Shown in pieces: positions 1 through 13,999 of a DNA stretch of 64,000 nucleotides. The translations under genes and the position numbers were made by a program. The notes below the pieces were generated by a model, which saw only the letters and a list, made by a program, of their open reading frames with translations, was not told where the DNA came from and ran no database searches. The stretch is from the human T2T-CHM13v2.0 reference genome, Homo sapiens: assembly GCF_009914755.1 (NCBI RefSeq), contig NC_060931.1. One strand, 5' to 3'. The number at the start of each line of letters is the position of its first letter. The stretch's first letter is position 1.

Positions 1-419
1 GTGTCACACATGCTAATGACAAAATAAAACAAAAACCGGTTTTAGAAAAACAGGAATTGTAATCCTAGTATTTTCAGAGGCTGAGGCGGGAGGATCACTT
101 GAGCTCAGGAGTTCAAGACCAGCATGGGCAACACAGTGAGACGTCTCTATTATTTAAAATAAGAAGAAGAACAGGAATGATCTCATCATTGTGCAAATAC
201 TGCCCACCAGTCAGAAAGGCAATTTCGATAGTCAAGAAGTCACATCTGAAGTAGCACCAGGTAATTTTTATGAAAACTCAAGTCTCCAGGTTTCTTTCCT
301 AGTGCTAATTTGTAATACACCAATGCTTGTAAGAAGTAAAGGTGTGCCCATCTGCAGACACATAGCTCCCTGAAAATTAAATCCAGTCAGTTCCCAGCCA
401 TTTGAACTGACAAGTTGTT

Positions 420-727
420 TTTTTTTTCTTTTTCTGGAGATGGGGTCTGTGCTGCCCAGGCTGTAGTGCAGTGGCGCTATTACAGCTCACCTGCAGCCTC
501 AATCACTTGGGCTCAAGCGATCCTCTGGCCTCAGCCTCCTGAGTAACTGGAAATACAGGTGCGTGCCACCACGCCCGGCTCACTTTTCAATTTTTTTTTT
601 TTTTTGTAGAGTTGGGGGTCTTGCTATGTTGCCCAGGCTGATCTGGAACCCCTGGCCTCAAGCAATCCTCCCATCTCGGCCTCCTAAAGTGCTGGGATTA
701 CAGGCGTGAGTCACAGCGCCCAGCCTG
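420..727 (-). mobile_element. Alu (old, AluJ-like) in CCZ1B intron 1
   Basis: Poly-T followed by reverse-complement Alu motifs (gcccaggctg...aagtgctgggattacaggcgtgag). Confidence 0.9.
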
Positions 728-816
728 GACAGTCTTTAACAGAAGTCTGACTTGCTGGAAACAAAACACAGCTCCGGACATCCTTTGAGAAAGTCGCCGT
801 CCCCACCTCAGAAAAA

Positions 817-850
<34 letters not shown>
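817..850. repeat. (CA)n microsatellite
   Basis: About 17 CA units. Confidence 0.95.
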
Positions 851-852
<2 letters not shown>

Positions 853-1119
853 CTCCCGAAATTAATTTATTTCCTCATTTGGGCGAAAACTATTACAGGG
901 ACCTCCAGGCTTGCATCATTTGAAGGCTAGCGTCTGCCACCCTGGTTCCACGCTTCTAGTTGGGGACTACCCACTTAACAAAGCCAAGTTCAATTTTAAT
1001 TTCCCAGAACTGACGCAAAGCAAAGCGCAAAGAGCCTCAACCTGGGGTGTGGAGTGATATAGACCCGACGGGGCTTTATTCCATCGACCTAGGACCTGAA
1101 GCGGTCCCTGCCTGCTGTC

Positions 1120-1660
1120 AGGTCCCCGCCGCAGCCCCCTGCCCGGACTCGCACCTGGCACAATGCAGGCTAGGTCAGTGCCCCTCGAGGTGGGCAGAAC
1201 CACAGGGCCACCTTCCCGGGGAACACCGGCGCCGCCCGCCCGCGCGCCGCCCCCTCCGCATACCTGTCCTTCGCGCGGCCCGAAGCGCGGGTTGTAGATG
1301 AAGAAACTCAGCAGCGCCGGCGGGAACTGCTTCTCCTGGGCCGCCCAGGGCCCGCTCCCGGCCCCGGCCGCCGCTGCAGCCATCCCGCCCCGACCCCCAC
1401 CTCGGGACCCTCCCACGGCCCGCCCAGAGACAGCAGCCACCGGCTAAAACACCGCACTTCCGCCTCCGTCGCCACCGCCCCGGAAGCACTCGCCGCAGGC
1501 CCGGAAAAAGAATCCGCCTCGCAGCGTCCTCTTCAGGCACCCCCGGGTGGCCTTGTTGTCTGTTTCCTGGCCGAGTTTGTGTTTTGCTGGCTCGCGGAGT
1601 TTTCTCCTGGCTACAGGCGAGGGCTGCGCGTTTCAGGAAAAACCGAGCGGGCACTGTTTT
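1120..1660 (-). promoter_or_regulatory. CpG-island promoter of CCZ1B with ETS/GABPA-type motifs
   Basis: Very GC- and CpG-rich stretch spanning exon 1. CACTTCCG at 1455-1462, CCGGAAGC at 1480-1487, GC boxes, no obvious TATA box. Confidence 0.8.
1264..1383 (-). CDS. CCZ1B: First coding exon (40 codons) of CCZ1/CCZ1B, vacuolar fusion protein (MON1-CCZ1 Rab7 GEF subunit); the gene continues off the left edge
   Basis: ATG at 1383 reads [40 protein letters not shown], which I recognise as the CCZ1 N-terminus, and ends at a CAG|GTATG donor at 1264/1263 (120 nt, phase 0). Paralogue B rather than CCZ1 is inferred from the adjacent OR7E/UNC93B block (recall of 7p22.1). Confidence 0.9.
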
Positions 1661-1951
1661 TTTTGTTGTTGTTGTTTTTTCTGATAGGGTCTCAGTTTGT
1701 CATCCAGGCTGGAGTGTAGTGGCGCGATCTCAGCTCACTGCAGCCTCAACGTCCGACACTCAAGCAATCCCCCTGCCTCAGCCTCCCAAGTAGCTAGGAT
1801 TACAGGCGCGCGCCACCAAGGCCAGTTTTATTTTTTTGTAGAGGTGGGGTCTGTGTTGCCCAGGCTGCTCTCGAACTCCTGGCCTCAAATGGTCTCCCAC
1901 TTCGGCCTCCCAAAGTGCTCCGATTACAGGCGTGAGACACCACCGCCCAGC
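1660..1951 (-). mobile_element. Alu (AluJ-like)
   Basis: Dimeric reverse-complement Alu directly upstream of the CpG island. Confidence 0.9.
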
Positions 1952-1984
1952 CTGTTGTTGTTTTGGTGGTATTGTTTTAAATTT

Positions 1985-3535
<1,551 letters not shown>

Positions 3536-3959
3536 CACTTAGGGGCAGATGTGCATTCCGTTTGGCCCATTAACATCATCTACAGAGTCCTTGTTTGAGA
3601 GACCTCAAGTGACCACTGGATCACCCACACCTACAAAGCTTGCCCCTTCCCCCCATTCCTTCAGCGCAGGTCTGGAGGCAGATGGGGCACCATGTGTGCC
3701 ACGGGAGCAATATCAGAGGTGGCAGACTCCCCAGAGTGGCTGTTCCTGGACCTTGTCGCCTGGGATTCCCTTGCCTTTGAGTTGTGTGGGTTGTGGCATA
3801 GTTGGGATGGCTTGTTACAGTTATGTGGATTCAAGCCTTGGCAGCATATGGTTTGACCAAACTCAAGAAGACTTTGGTTTAGATTGCCTTATCTGTCACA
3901 TATTAAGTTTGGAAGCAGAACCACTTACCTTATCCAGCCTGGCAGATAAGGGAAGTGAT

Positions 3960-4160
3960 GAGTTGGAATTTGGACTGGAGACAGATCTGGGTACATATCC
4001 ACTTTTGCCATTCACCGACTGCACCAATCTCCTTGCACCAAAGAAGAGATAGAGACTCTCTCGTCTGTATCTCTTATTTGGAAAATGGCTAATAGTAAAT
4101 TCCTGCCAAGTGAGAGTTTCACTTGAAGAGTTAAATGGGACTATGAATGTGCATCAGGTG
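3960..4160 (+). mobile_element. Degenerate MIR-like fragment
   Basis: Weak similarity to the MIR core (gacagatctggg..., gaaaatggctaatagta, gaagagttaaatg). Confidence 0.45.
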
Positions 4161-4250
4161 CCAGCAACTCATCATTATTTCATAAACTGTTGACTTTCCC
4201 AATTAGCTTGCTCTAGTGCATGCAGTTATTCCATGAGAAATACATGTTTT

Positions 4251-4610
<360 letters not shown>

Positions 4611-5477
4611 TTATAGTATGAGTCACAGTTTCTCCCAGGATACCTCTGTGTCCTTGTACATGTTTGCCTCTCCCTTCCTCCCACATACAATTCATTGCAG
4701 GAGGCATCGAAAGAGGGAGATGACAAAAAACAAAATGAAACATCCAGAGATCAAAGAAAAGAACATGCTTTTATGGTTTCAAAGTTAAGGATGCAAGAAC
4801 GCTTAGACCTCAATGCATCTGCCTCTCCAAACACAGTCCTTGGGTGTGCACGGGTACCAGGCAGGAGTGGTAGTGATGACAGATACCCACATAGGTTTGG
4901 AGGTCTCAGAGGAGAGGGTGTGTGTGTCTTTCTCCCTGGGGAAGCTGGGGGAGGTGGTGAGCTTTGCAGAGTTCCCCTCTGGGTCAAGCATGGTTTGGTA
5001 ACAGTAGAGTAACCACGGAACAGGGGTATCTGGATGAGAAATCCTTATTGTTCAGGAAGAAGCTGAATGACTTACTTGTGCACAGAAGGAATTCAGAGAA
5101 AGCCAGTGCTGAGAAGCCTCAAGGTCAGGACCAGGAGGAGGTAGCAGTGGCCCCTCAAGACCACGAGAGTAGAGAGGATTGAGGATGACTCTGTGTTCAC
5201 TATTCGGACTGAGAATACTCCAGTCCCATCTGGGGCCTCGACTCTCTCCCCTAGCCTATGGTAAGAAGGGAGAAGAGGTTGCTTAATTACCTGACATGAT
5301 TAAGATTCTGACACCCAGCACAATGGGAATTCAAATCAAGTTCAGTTACAGAAATAGAAGTTAGATGTTTTGCGCAAAGAATTTGCGAACTCAAATTCCA
5401 AAGGAATGAGCTGTGGGAAAGACACATTTTGGTGTTGGAAAGGGAGCTCAGTTCCAAGTAGAAAGTGACAGTTCCAA

Positions 5478-5786
<309 letters not shown>

Positions 5787-5854
5787 GTCCCAGTTCCAGG
5801 CTAGGTGGTTCTGGACATAGGTTGTCACATATGTCTGTCTCCTCCCTATCAAGG

Positions 5855-5910
5855 TTATATATATATATATATATATATATGCGTGTGTGTATATATATAC
5901 ACACACCACA

Positions 5911-5962
<52 letters not shown>
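5855..5962. repeat. Compound (TA)n/(TG)n/(CA)n microsatellite
   Basis: Alternating purine-pyrimidine runs read directly from the sequence. Confidence 0.95.
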
Positions 5963-6129
5963 GGTTTGAGACAGTCTTGCTCTGTTGCCCAGTTTATAGT
6001 GCAGTGGTATGGTCATAGCTCACTGCAGCCCCTAACTCCTGGGCTCAAGCGATCCTCCTGCCTCTGCCTCCTATATAGCTGGTCCTACAGGCACGGGCCA
6101 CCATGCCCTCCTTCCTATCAAGGAAAGTG

Positions 6130-6235
6130 AACTTCTTGAGGCCAGGACTCTGTTGGGGCCATCTTCTGGTTCCTGTTGTCTAACACAGTGCCTGCGTCAC
6201 AGGACACAGTAAATCTGTGTTGAATGAATGAATGG
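6130..6235 (+). mobile_element. L2 3'-end fragment
   Basis: taacacagtgcctg...gtaaatctgtgttgaatgaatgaatg is the typical L2 terminus. Confidence 0.65.
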
Positions 6236-6649
6236 AGGAGGCAGGGGATGGGGAGGAGTGGGCAACAGACGTCAGAGATGGGCTTTCATCCTTCAGAGCT
6301 CAGCTACTGCTTATCCTATGAATGGAGCTCAGTCCACAGGCTGATCTGACATTCAGGTGAGTTCTCTGCTCCGCTCAGCACTGAGCTCTAAGAAGCAGCT
6401 GCAGGGTAAAGGTTTGGGTGCAATGTACACCTCTAAGACAAAGGGCCTCTTCATCCTATTCTGTTGGCAGAAATATCAGACCAGTGAATGGAGTAACCAA
6501 TCTTTTCTCTGTGGATTTAGAGCCCAGAGACACTGTGTCAGTCAGAGGTCACCTTTACTGTGAGGGTACATCTTTCTCCTGCAGTTAAAATTGTCCTTGA
6601 CTTCCGTTTCCTCCTGAGATCACTTGTGAAGGAGCTTCAAAAAATCTGG

Positions 6650-7330
6650 TTTTTTGGTTTGTTTGTTTGTTTGTTTTTTTGAGACAGGTTCTCACTCTAT
6701 CGCCCAGGCTGGGGTGCGGTGGTGCGATCTTGGCTCACTGCAACCTCTGCCTCCCAAGCTCAAGTGATCCTCCTGCCTCAGCCTCCTGAGTGGCTAAGAT
6801 CACAGGTGTGCATCACCATGCCCAGCTCATTCTTTGCATTTTTGGTAGAGATAGGGTTTCTCCATGTTGGCCAGGCTGGTCTCAAACTTGTAAGAAAAAG
6901 CCATCATGCAAGTAATACCACGATTTGATAAAGTGTGGTGGCAGGTGCACAGGTATTATTTTGCTCAGTATTCTCCTAATGTTTGAAATACTTTATGATT
7001 TAAAAATAATTTAAGGGACAGGTGCAGTGACTTACACCCGTAATCTTAGCACTTTGGGAGGCTAAGGCAGGCAAGTCGCTTGAGCCCGGGGGTTGGAAAC
7101 CAGCCTGGGCGACATAGTGAGACCCCATCTCTACAAAAAAAAGAAAAAAGAAGAAAGAAATGAAAAAAACTTAGCTGGGCTTGGTGGCACGCACCTGTAG
7201 TCCAAGCTACTCAGGAGGCTGAGGTGGGAGGATCACCTGAGCCTGGGGAGGTGGAGGCTGCAGTGAGCCATGATTGCTCCCCTGTATGCCAGCCTGGGCA
7301 ACACACCGAGACCCTGTCTCAAAAACATAA
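6650..7330. mobile_element. Truncated minus-strand Alu (6650-6890) and plus-strand AluJ-like element (7015-7330)
   Basis: Alu consensus motifs. Confidence 0.85.
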
Positions 7331-7775
7331 CAATTTAAGGTGAATAGATTTACAGTCATTGTAGAGCCCCTAGGAAAACAATGTCAAAATCTATACCCCC
7401 CGCCAAAAACAAGTTGACTTTTTCAAACCCGTGAAAACGTATGCAAATGAAGTCTTTCCAGTGAATAAATTAACAGGCCATGTGGAAACCGTCCTGGTGA
7501 TTCCAATTTCATCTCTCTTCTTAAGTGTTTGCAAAGTAACCTCATACCTTAACATGAGCAGAAGAGATAGAAGATAGGTTTTTGCTTGCAATTGGATTCC
7601 TGAGTACCCATTCCATAAACTTAAACTGCAGTCATGACAGAGAATTAACTACATAGCTTGGAAACCTATACAAATAGGCAAGTATTTCCTATCATCACTG
7701 TTTTGCTATCCTTTGCTTATGAGCTAGAAAGAATTACTTTGTAAATACTCCTACTAAGTCTTTACTAAGTACTGC

Positions 7776-8010
7776 TACTTAGTAAATAACTACTTAGAAA
7801 ATACTAAAGCATTTACTGAGTATCAGTACTTAGCAAATGACTACCTACAGAATACTAAAACATTTACTTAATAGCCATACTTAGCAAATGGCTACTTACA
7901 TAAAATGAAAGTATTTACTGTGTAGCAGTACTTAGCAAATGACTACTTACAAAATGCTAACATATTTACTGAGTAGCAGTACTTAGCAAATAACTATTAT
8001 AAAATACTAA
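7776..8010. repeat. AT-rich minisatellite, 51-bp unit, ~4.6 copies
   Basis: tacttagcaaatgactacttacaaaatactaaagcatttactgagtagcag-like units start at 7776, 7827, 7878, 7929 and 7980; degenerate copies extend to ~8130. Confidence 0.85.
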
Positions 8011-8384
8011 TTAATTACAGATTTTGTGCAATTATGTAGTAGTGCTAAATATTAAAATACTTAGTATTTTTAAAATACTAAAGTATTTACAAATTACTAA
8101 AGTATTTACTAATTAGTAGCATTTACAAAAAAGTATTTTCAGATTGGAGTGTATGGCATGATCATGGCTCACTGTGGCCTCAACTTCCAGGATCAAGGGA
8201 TCCTCCCACCTCAGCCTCCCAAGTAGCTGGGACCACAGGTACATCCTAACACACCCAGCTAATTTTTAAGTTTTTTTTGTAGAGACACGGTCTCCCTAGG
8301 TTGTCCAGACTGGTCTTTTGAAAATTTTAATTTTAATTTTTTTCCTTCATTTTCTCTAGTTACCATGCTGCATTTTATTTTATT

Positions 8385-9955
8385 TCTCACAGTTGGTGTA
8401 CACACTGTGACATTATTCATAATAGTCCAGTGGGATGTTACTCCTCAGGTCACAGGGGGTTAATACCCTGGGACAGTAATCCTCATATTCCAGGGCGGTG
8501 ATACTCCTAAAGTCACAGGGTGTGTACCCCGTGATATTATTCGTCCTATTCTAGGGGGACATTACTCCTAATGTCACAGAGATGTACACCCTGTGATATT
8601 ATTCATAGTATGCCAGAGGGATATTAGTACTAATGTCACAATGCATGTACACCTTGTGATATTATTCATAATATCCTAATGTCACAGGGGGTGTGTTCCC
8701 TGTGATATTATTCCTAACATCCTAGACGGATATTGCTCCTAACATCACAGGGTGTGTACACCTTGTCATATCACTCATAATATCCTAAAACTATGTTATT
8801 CCTCACTTCACAGGGGGTGTTCGCCCCGTGATATTACTCGTAATAGTTTTGTGGGATGTTACTCCTAATGTCACACGGGGTGTACACAGAGTCACACAGT
8901 GCTATGACCTGTAATATTCTATAGAAATGTTACTCATAAATCACAGGGGCTGTACCTCCTGCGATATTATTTGTCATGTTCTAGGGGAATGTTACTACTA
9001 TTGTCACAGGGGGTGTACAGCCTGTGATATTACTCATCATATCCTAGTGGGATGTTACTACCAATGTCACAATGCGTGTACAACCTGTGATATGATTTGT
9101 CATATCCTAAAGAGATGTTACTACTAAGGTCACAATGCTTCTACACCCTCTGATATTATTCGCTATATCCTCGGGGGATGTCACTCCTAATGTCACACGG
9201 GGTGTACTCCCTGTGATATTATTCATCATATCCTAGGGGGATGTTACTTTTAATGTCACCGGGGGTGTGTATCGTGCCTATTCAATGCCTGTGATACTAT
9301 TCCTAATATCCTAGGGGCATGTTCCTCCTAATGTCACATGGGGTGTACAACATGTGTGTACACCTGCTGTGATACTATTCATAATATCTTAGGGGAATTT
9401 TATTCCTGATGGCACAGGTGGTGTACACCATGTGTGTATACCGCCTGTCTCATTATTCATAATATCCTAGGGGGATGTTTCTTTTAATGTCACAAAGGGT
9501 GCACAAAATGTCACAGAAGGTGTTCACCTTGTGATGTTATCTGTAATACCCTAGAAGGATGTTACTCCCAATATGTCACAGGGTTGTACACCCTTTGATA
9601 TTACTTGTAATCACATAGAGAGATATTACTTCAACTATCACCATGGATGTACACACATGGTGCATACCCCGTGATATGACTCGTAATATCCTAGGGAGAT
9701 ACGACTCCTGATATCACAGTGCGTGTACCCCGGGTGTGTACACCCTTGATATTAGTCGTAATATCCAGGGTAAAGATTACTCCTCATATCACACAGTGTG
9801 CACACCCTGTGATATTTTTCATCCTACTTTAGGGAGATATTGCTTCTAGTGTCACAGCGGGTGTACCCCTTGTGTGTGTACTCTGTGACGGTATTTTTTA
9901 TATCCTAGGGAGGTATTACTCGTAATGTCACAGTGGGTGTTCACCCTGTGATATC
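8385..9955. repeat. SATR1/SATR2-type satellite, type A (~62-64 bp unit)
   Basis: Tandem gggtgtacaccctgtgatattattcgtaatatcctagggggatgttactcctaatgtcaca units. The family name comes from its known association with OR7E duplications. Confidence 0.85.
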
Positions 9956-9959
9956 ATTC

Positions 9960-10976
9960 TTATTTGACCTTGCTGCCTTTTTGAACCCACACTACAAAAG
10001 GAATGGAACAGATAAGAAGATATTGAGATTAGACTGTGCTGCCGTGTGGCCGCCGCAGGACACCTTTAACATCCCTGTTTCTCAGGCTGTAGACGAAGGG
10101 GTTCAGCATGGGGGTGACAACCGCGTACATCACTGAGGCCACTGCACCCTTTCTGGGGGAAAATGACACATCCGAACTGAGGTACCCTCCAACGCCTGTT
10201 CCATAAACTCAGCAAACAACTGACACGTGAGACCCACAGGTGGAGAGGGCTTTATACCTCCCACCTGACGATGAAACCCTCAGAATGGAGGAAACAATTT
10301 TAGAGTAAGAGAAAAGGGTCCCCGAGATGGGAAGAAAACCAAATATGGCGGCAGGGAAATACATGATTATGTTAATGGTGAAGGTGTCACAACATGCAAG
10401 ATGGGGGAGTTGAGAAGGGTCACAGAAGAAATTAGGAATTTCCACATCCTTGAAGCAGGTCACTTGTAAGGCAATCAAGTTGTGCAGCTGGGCATCTAAA
10501 AGACTGAGAAAAAAAAAGACAACAAAACTAGGAAGCCACAGAAACACGGGTTCATGATGGCTGAATGATATAGAGGGTGACAGATGGCTACAAACCAGTC
10601 ATAGGCCATCACACTCAGGAGCATGCCTCTCTTCCATGCCTCCAAAAATGACAAAGAGAGACATCTGAGTCAGGCAGCCTGCATAGGAGATGACTGCTGT
10701 GAGATTGGATGTCCACAATCATCTTGGGGACTGTGGTGGAGGTGAAACTGATGTCAGGCAAGGACAGGTTGGAGAGGAAGAAGTACATGGGGGTGTGGAG
10801 GTGGGAGTCAGGGCTGATGGCCAGGATGATGAGCAGGTTCCCCAGCACCATGAGCAGGCAGATGGACAGGAACAGCCCAGCGAGGACCAGCTGCAGTTCT
10901 GGATCCCCTGAGAGTTCTAGGAGAAGGAATAGAGAGACATCTGTTAGATTCTGTGGCTCTGCATAGTTTGGATACC
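9960..10976 (-). pseudogene. OR7E39P: OR7E-subfamily olfactory receptor pseudogene, copy 1 (type A)
   Basis: OR motifs [58 protein letters not shown]. Frameshifts plus an in-frame TGA at 10209-10211 (VVC*). N-terminus resembles OR7E24. The specific number is from recall of locus order, unverified. Confidence 0.88.
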
Positions 10977-11445
10977 TTTTGCCTAGAAAAGAGGGTTGCA
11001 AAATGGGAAACAAGTAAACCAACACCCGGCATTGATTGTGTCTGCATTTTGAATAGAAGCAATTCACAAGTCATGTTTTCAGATTTCAGAGCAATCCACA
11101 CTCAGCAATATTTTGCAGTTCTGATAAACTCAATTGTCTTCTAGTGCTTTCATCATTGATTTCTGTGTTATTCACTTCTTGCTGTACACACCTGCCTTAG
11201 AGACAATAGATTCAAGAATGTTCCAAGAACCAGATCATCATATATAACAAATTCATAATTGCTAGAAAATACAGCCTATCTTGTCTGAAGGAAAATATGT
11301 AATAAAACCATTCTCTTCACTTTAAGAAAAAAGTTATCCTAATTAAAGGAAACTAAGAACTCAAATATTTTATTTCATACTACTAGATGGATACAAATTC
11401 CCTTGATTTAGAACATTTATAAACACTGTAGAACAGCTGAGACCG

Positions 11446-11750
<305 letters not shown>

Positions 11751-11980
11751 AACAGCTGAGACCATGTCATCTGGAAATGAAATGAAAGTTGATAGTTCAT
11801 AAGCAGAAAATAGTTCCACATGCCGGTTAGGTCCTAGTGATTTCATCATTATGTGTTCTGACTTTTCTCCTTCAAGAGAGTAATTGCTTCCTCAAATCGG
11901 TGGGTCTTCTTTGAAAATTCACGTAAGCTCTAACTCCTGTCCTTAGCTTAGGTGGACTTAGAATTTTCATCAGAAAGTTT

Positions 11981-12280
11981 GGCCGGACGCAGTGGCTCAC
12001 TCCTGTAATCCCAGCACTTTGGGAGGCCGAGGAGGGTGGATCACGGGGTCAGGAGATCAAGACCATCCTGGCCAACATGGTGAAACCCCGCCTCTACTAA
12101 AAATACAAAAACTTCGCCCGGTATGGCGGCGCGGGCCTGTAGTCCCAGCTACTCGGGAGGCTGAGGCGGGAGAATGGCTTGAACCTGGGAGGCAGAGGCT
12201 ACGGTGAGCCGAGGTCACACCACTGCCTCCAGCCTGGGCAACAGGAGCAAAACTCCGTCTCAAAAAACAAAAAACCAAAA
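11981..12280 (+). mobile_element. Alu (AluSc-like); paralogous copy at 56467-56765
   Basis: ggatcacggggtcaggagatcaagaccatcctggcc; both copies share idiosyncratic changes (aaacttcgcccggtatggcgg). Confidence 0.9.
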
Positions 12281-12835
12281 GAATCAAGTAAGTCGAAGTC
12301 ACACTGATGACAGCCAATTTTTGTGAACCAAGGAAGTATCAATTCAATAATTCACATAGATGTTGACTTTTGCTGTCTCCTATGTGCCAAGCAAGATATC
12401 GGCTCTGGGGCATCAGAAACAAAAGATACTCACTTGTTCCTCTCACAATACTCAGTACTTACTGAGATAAGGACAAAAGTAAATGTCCTGTCTGGAATGC
12501 AGAGAAACCAGAACTTCAGGTCAGGGGATATTTCCGTTGAATTGTATGGAGTTGAAGCTGAAAATATTCACGGATGTACCTAAAATTCACTTTGCCTTGA
12601 CTTTACGCATCCATCACATAGAGATCACGCAGCGGGCACCCACGATCGGTTTCATCATCGCTCACTTCCATTGGATCAACTAGAAATCAGCTCAGATGAG
12701 AGTGCTGAGTCTCAGAGGATGGACCTCTCACCCCTTGCCATACAGAGGAGTAGAAAGGGTGGTATTCCAAATTCATGGCCAGACTCTAAGTCCCGGGTAC
12801 TATACTTCATGGTCTTCCAACTTTCAAAAAGTTGT

Positions 12836-13148
12836 GGTTTTGGTTTTGGTTTTGTTTTTGCTTTTTTGAGACGGAGTCTCATTCCGTTGCCCAGGCTGGA
12901 GTGCAGTGGAGTGATCTCGGCTCACTGCAACCTCCGCATCCCAGGTTCAAGCTATTCTCCTGCCTCAGCCTGCTGAGTAGCTGAGATGACAGGCGCCCAC
13001 CACTACACCAGGCTCATTGTTTTCTATTTTTAGTAGAGACGGGGTTTCACCATGTTGTCCAGGCTGGTCTCCAACACCTGACCTTGTGATTCGCCTGCCT
13101 CAGCCTCCCAGAGTGCTGGGATTACAGGCGTGAGCCACAGCGCCCAGC
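12836..13148 (-). mobile_element. Alu; paralogous copy at 57325-57639
   Basis: Reverse-complement Alu with the same flanks in both copies. Confidence 0.9.
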
Positions 13149-13783
13149 TTCCAAAAGTTTTCAACAGAGCTCAGAGGTCTTAACCACAGGCACATCTGAG
13201 GAGCATTCACAAGCAATTCACAAGGAACATCTTCACACTTGCTGACCATACACCGCCAGCAGTGTTTCTCAGTTGTGTCAATTCCAAAAATCTCAGAATT
13301 ATTACGTGATTTACTTTTTTGCTATACAAGGCTTTCTGTACATACTACTTTAGAGAAAATCCACTGAAGAATATTAGAAGACCAAAACGTCATATATAAG
13401 AAATCCGTGATCTCAGTAAAATACGGCCTGCTCTTTTCAGAAAAAATAGAATGCAATGAAAATGTTCTTCTCTCTTGAAGAGAAAGATCTCAGTCTAATT
13501 GAAAGAAATTAAGAAGCCGTGAAATACACTCTATTTTATTCTGACACCGTGCTACAAATTCCTTTGATGTAGAATACGTAAAAGGACGATACAAGAGCTA
13601 GGACCGCATTATCTAAAAATGAAATCGAAACTTAGAGTTCTTCATCGGAAGACCTTTTCACATGCCACTTACTTTTCGTATTTATTATCATCCTTAGGTT
13701 TTCTGACATCATTTCTTCATAAAAGTACATGCACACTCAAATATGGGAGCTGTGTTTCCAAATGAATTGAATATATAACTCTC

Positions 13784-13996
13784 GGCCGAGTGCCATGGCG
13801 CACCCCTGTAATCCCAGCACTTTGGGCGGCCGAGGCTGATGGATCACCTGAGGTCAGGAGTTCCAGACCAGCCTGGCCAACGTGGTGAAACCCCGTCTCC
13901 AGTGAAAATATAAAAATATTAGCCGGGCGTGGTGGCGGCTAACCCTAGCTACTCGGGAGGCTGAAGCAGGAGAATCCCTTAGAACCTGGAAGGCAG
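13784..13996 (+). mobile_element. 3'-truncated Alu abutting satellite; paralogous copy at 43463-43676
   Basis: The Alu stops at cttagaacctggaaggcag and runs straight into satellite in both copies. Confidence 0.85.
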
Positions 13997-13999
13997 GGA

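Noticed and set aside
967-1440. 157-aa ORF as a full protein
   Set aside because: Only 1264-1383 is CCZ1 coding; the rest is 5' UTR and read-through into intron 1.
3549-4052. 167-aa ORF in non-Alu sequence
   Set aside because: GTG start, no recognisable homology, 3' end overlaps a MIR-like remnant.
8385-9955. Palindromic repeats at regular spacing resembling a CRISPR array
   Set aside because: The intervening sequence is itself repeated (no unique spacers), there are no cas genes, and the context is primate DNA; this is a satellite.
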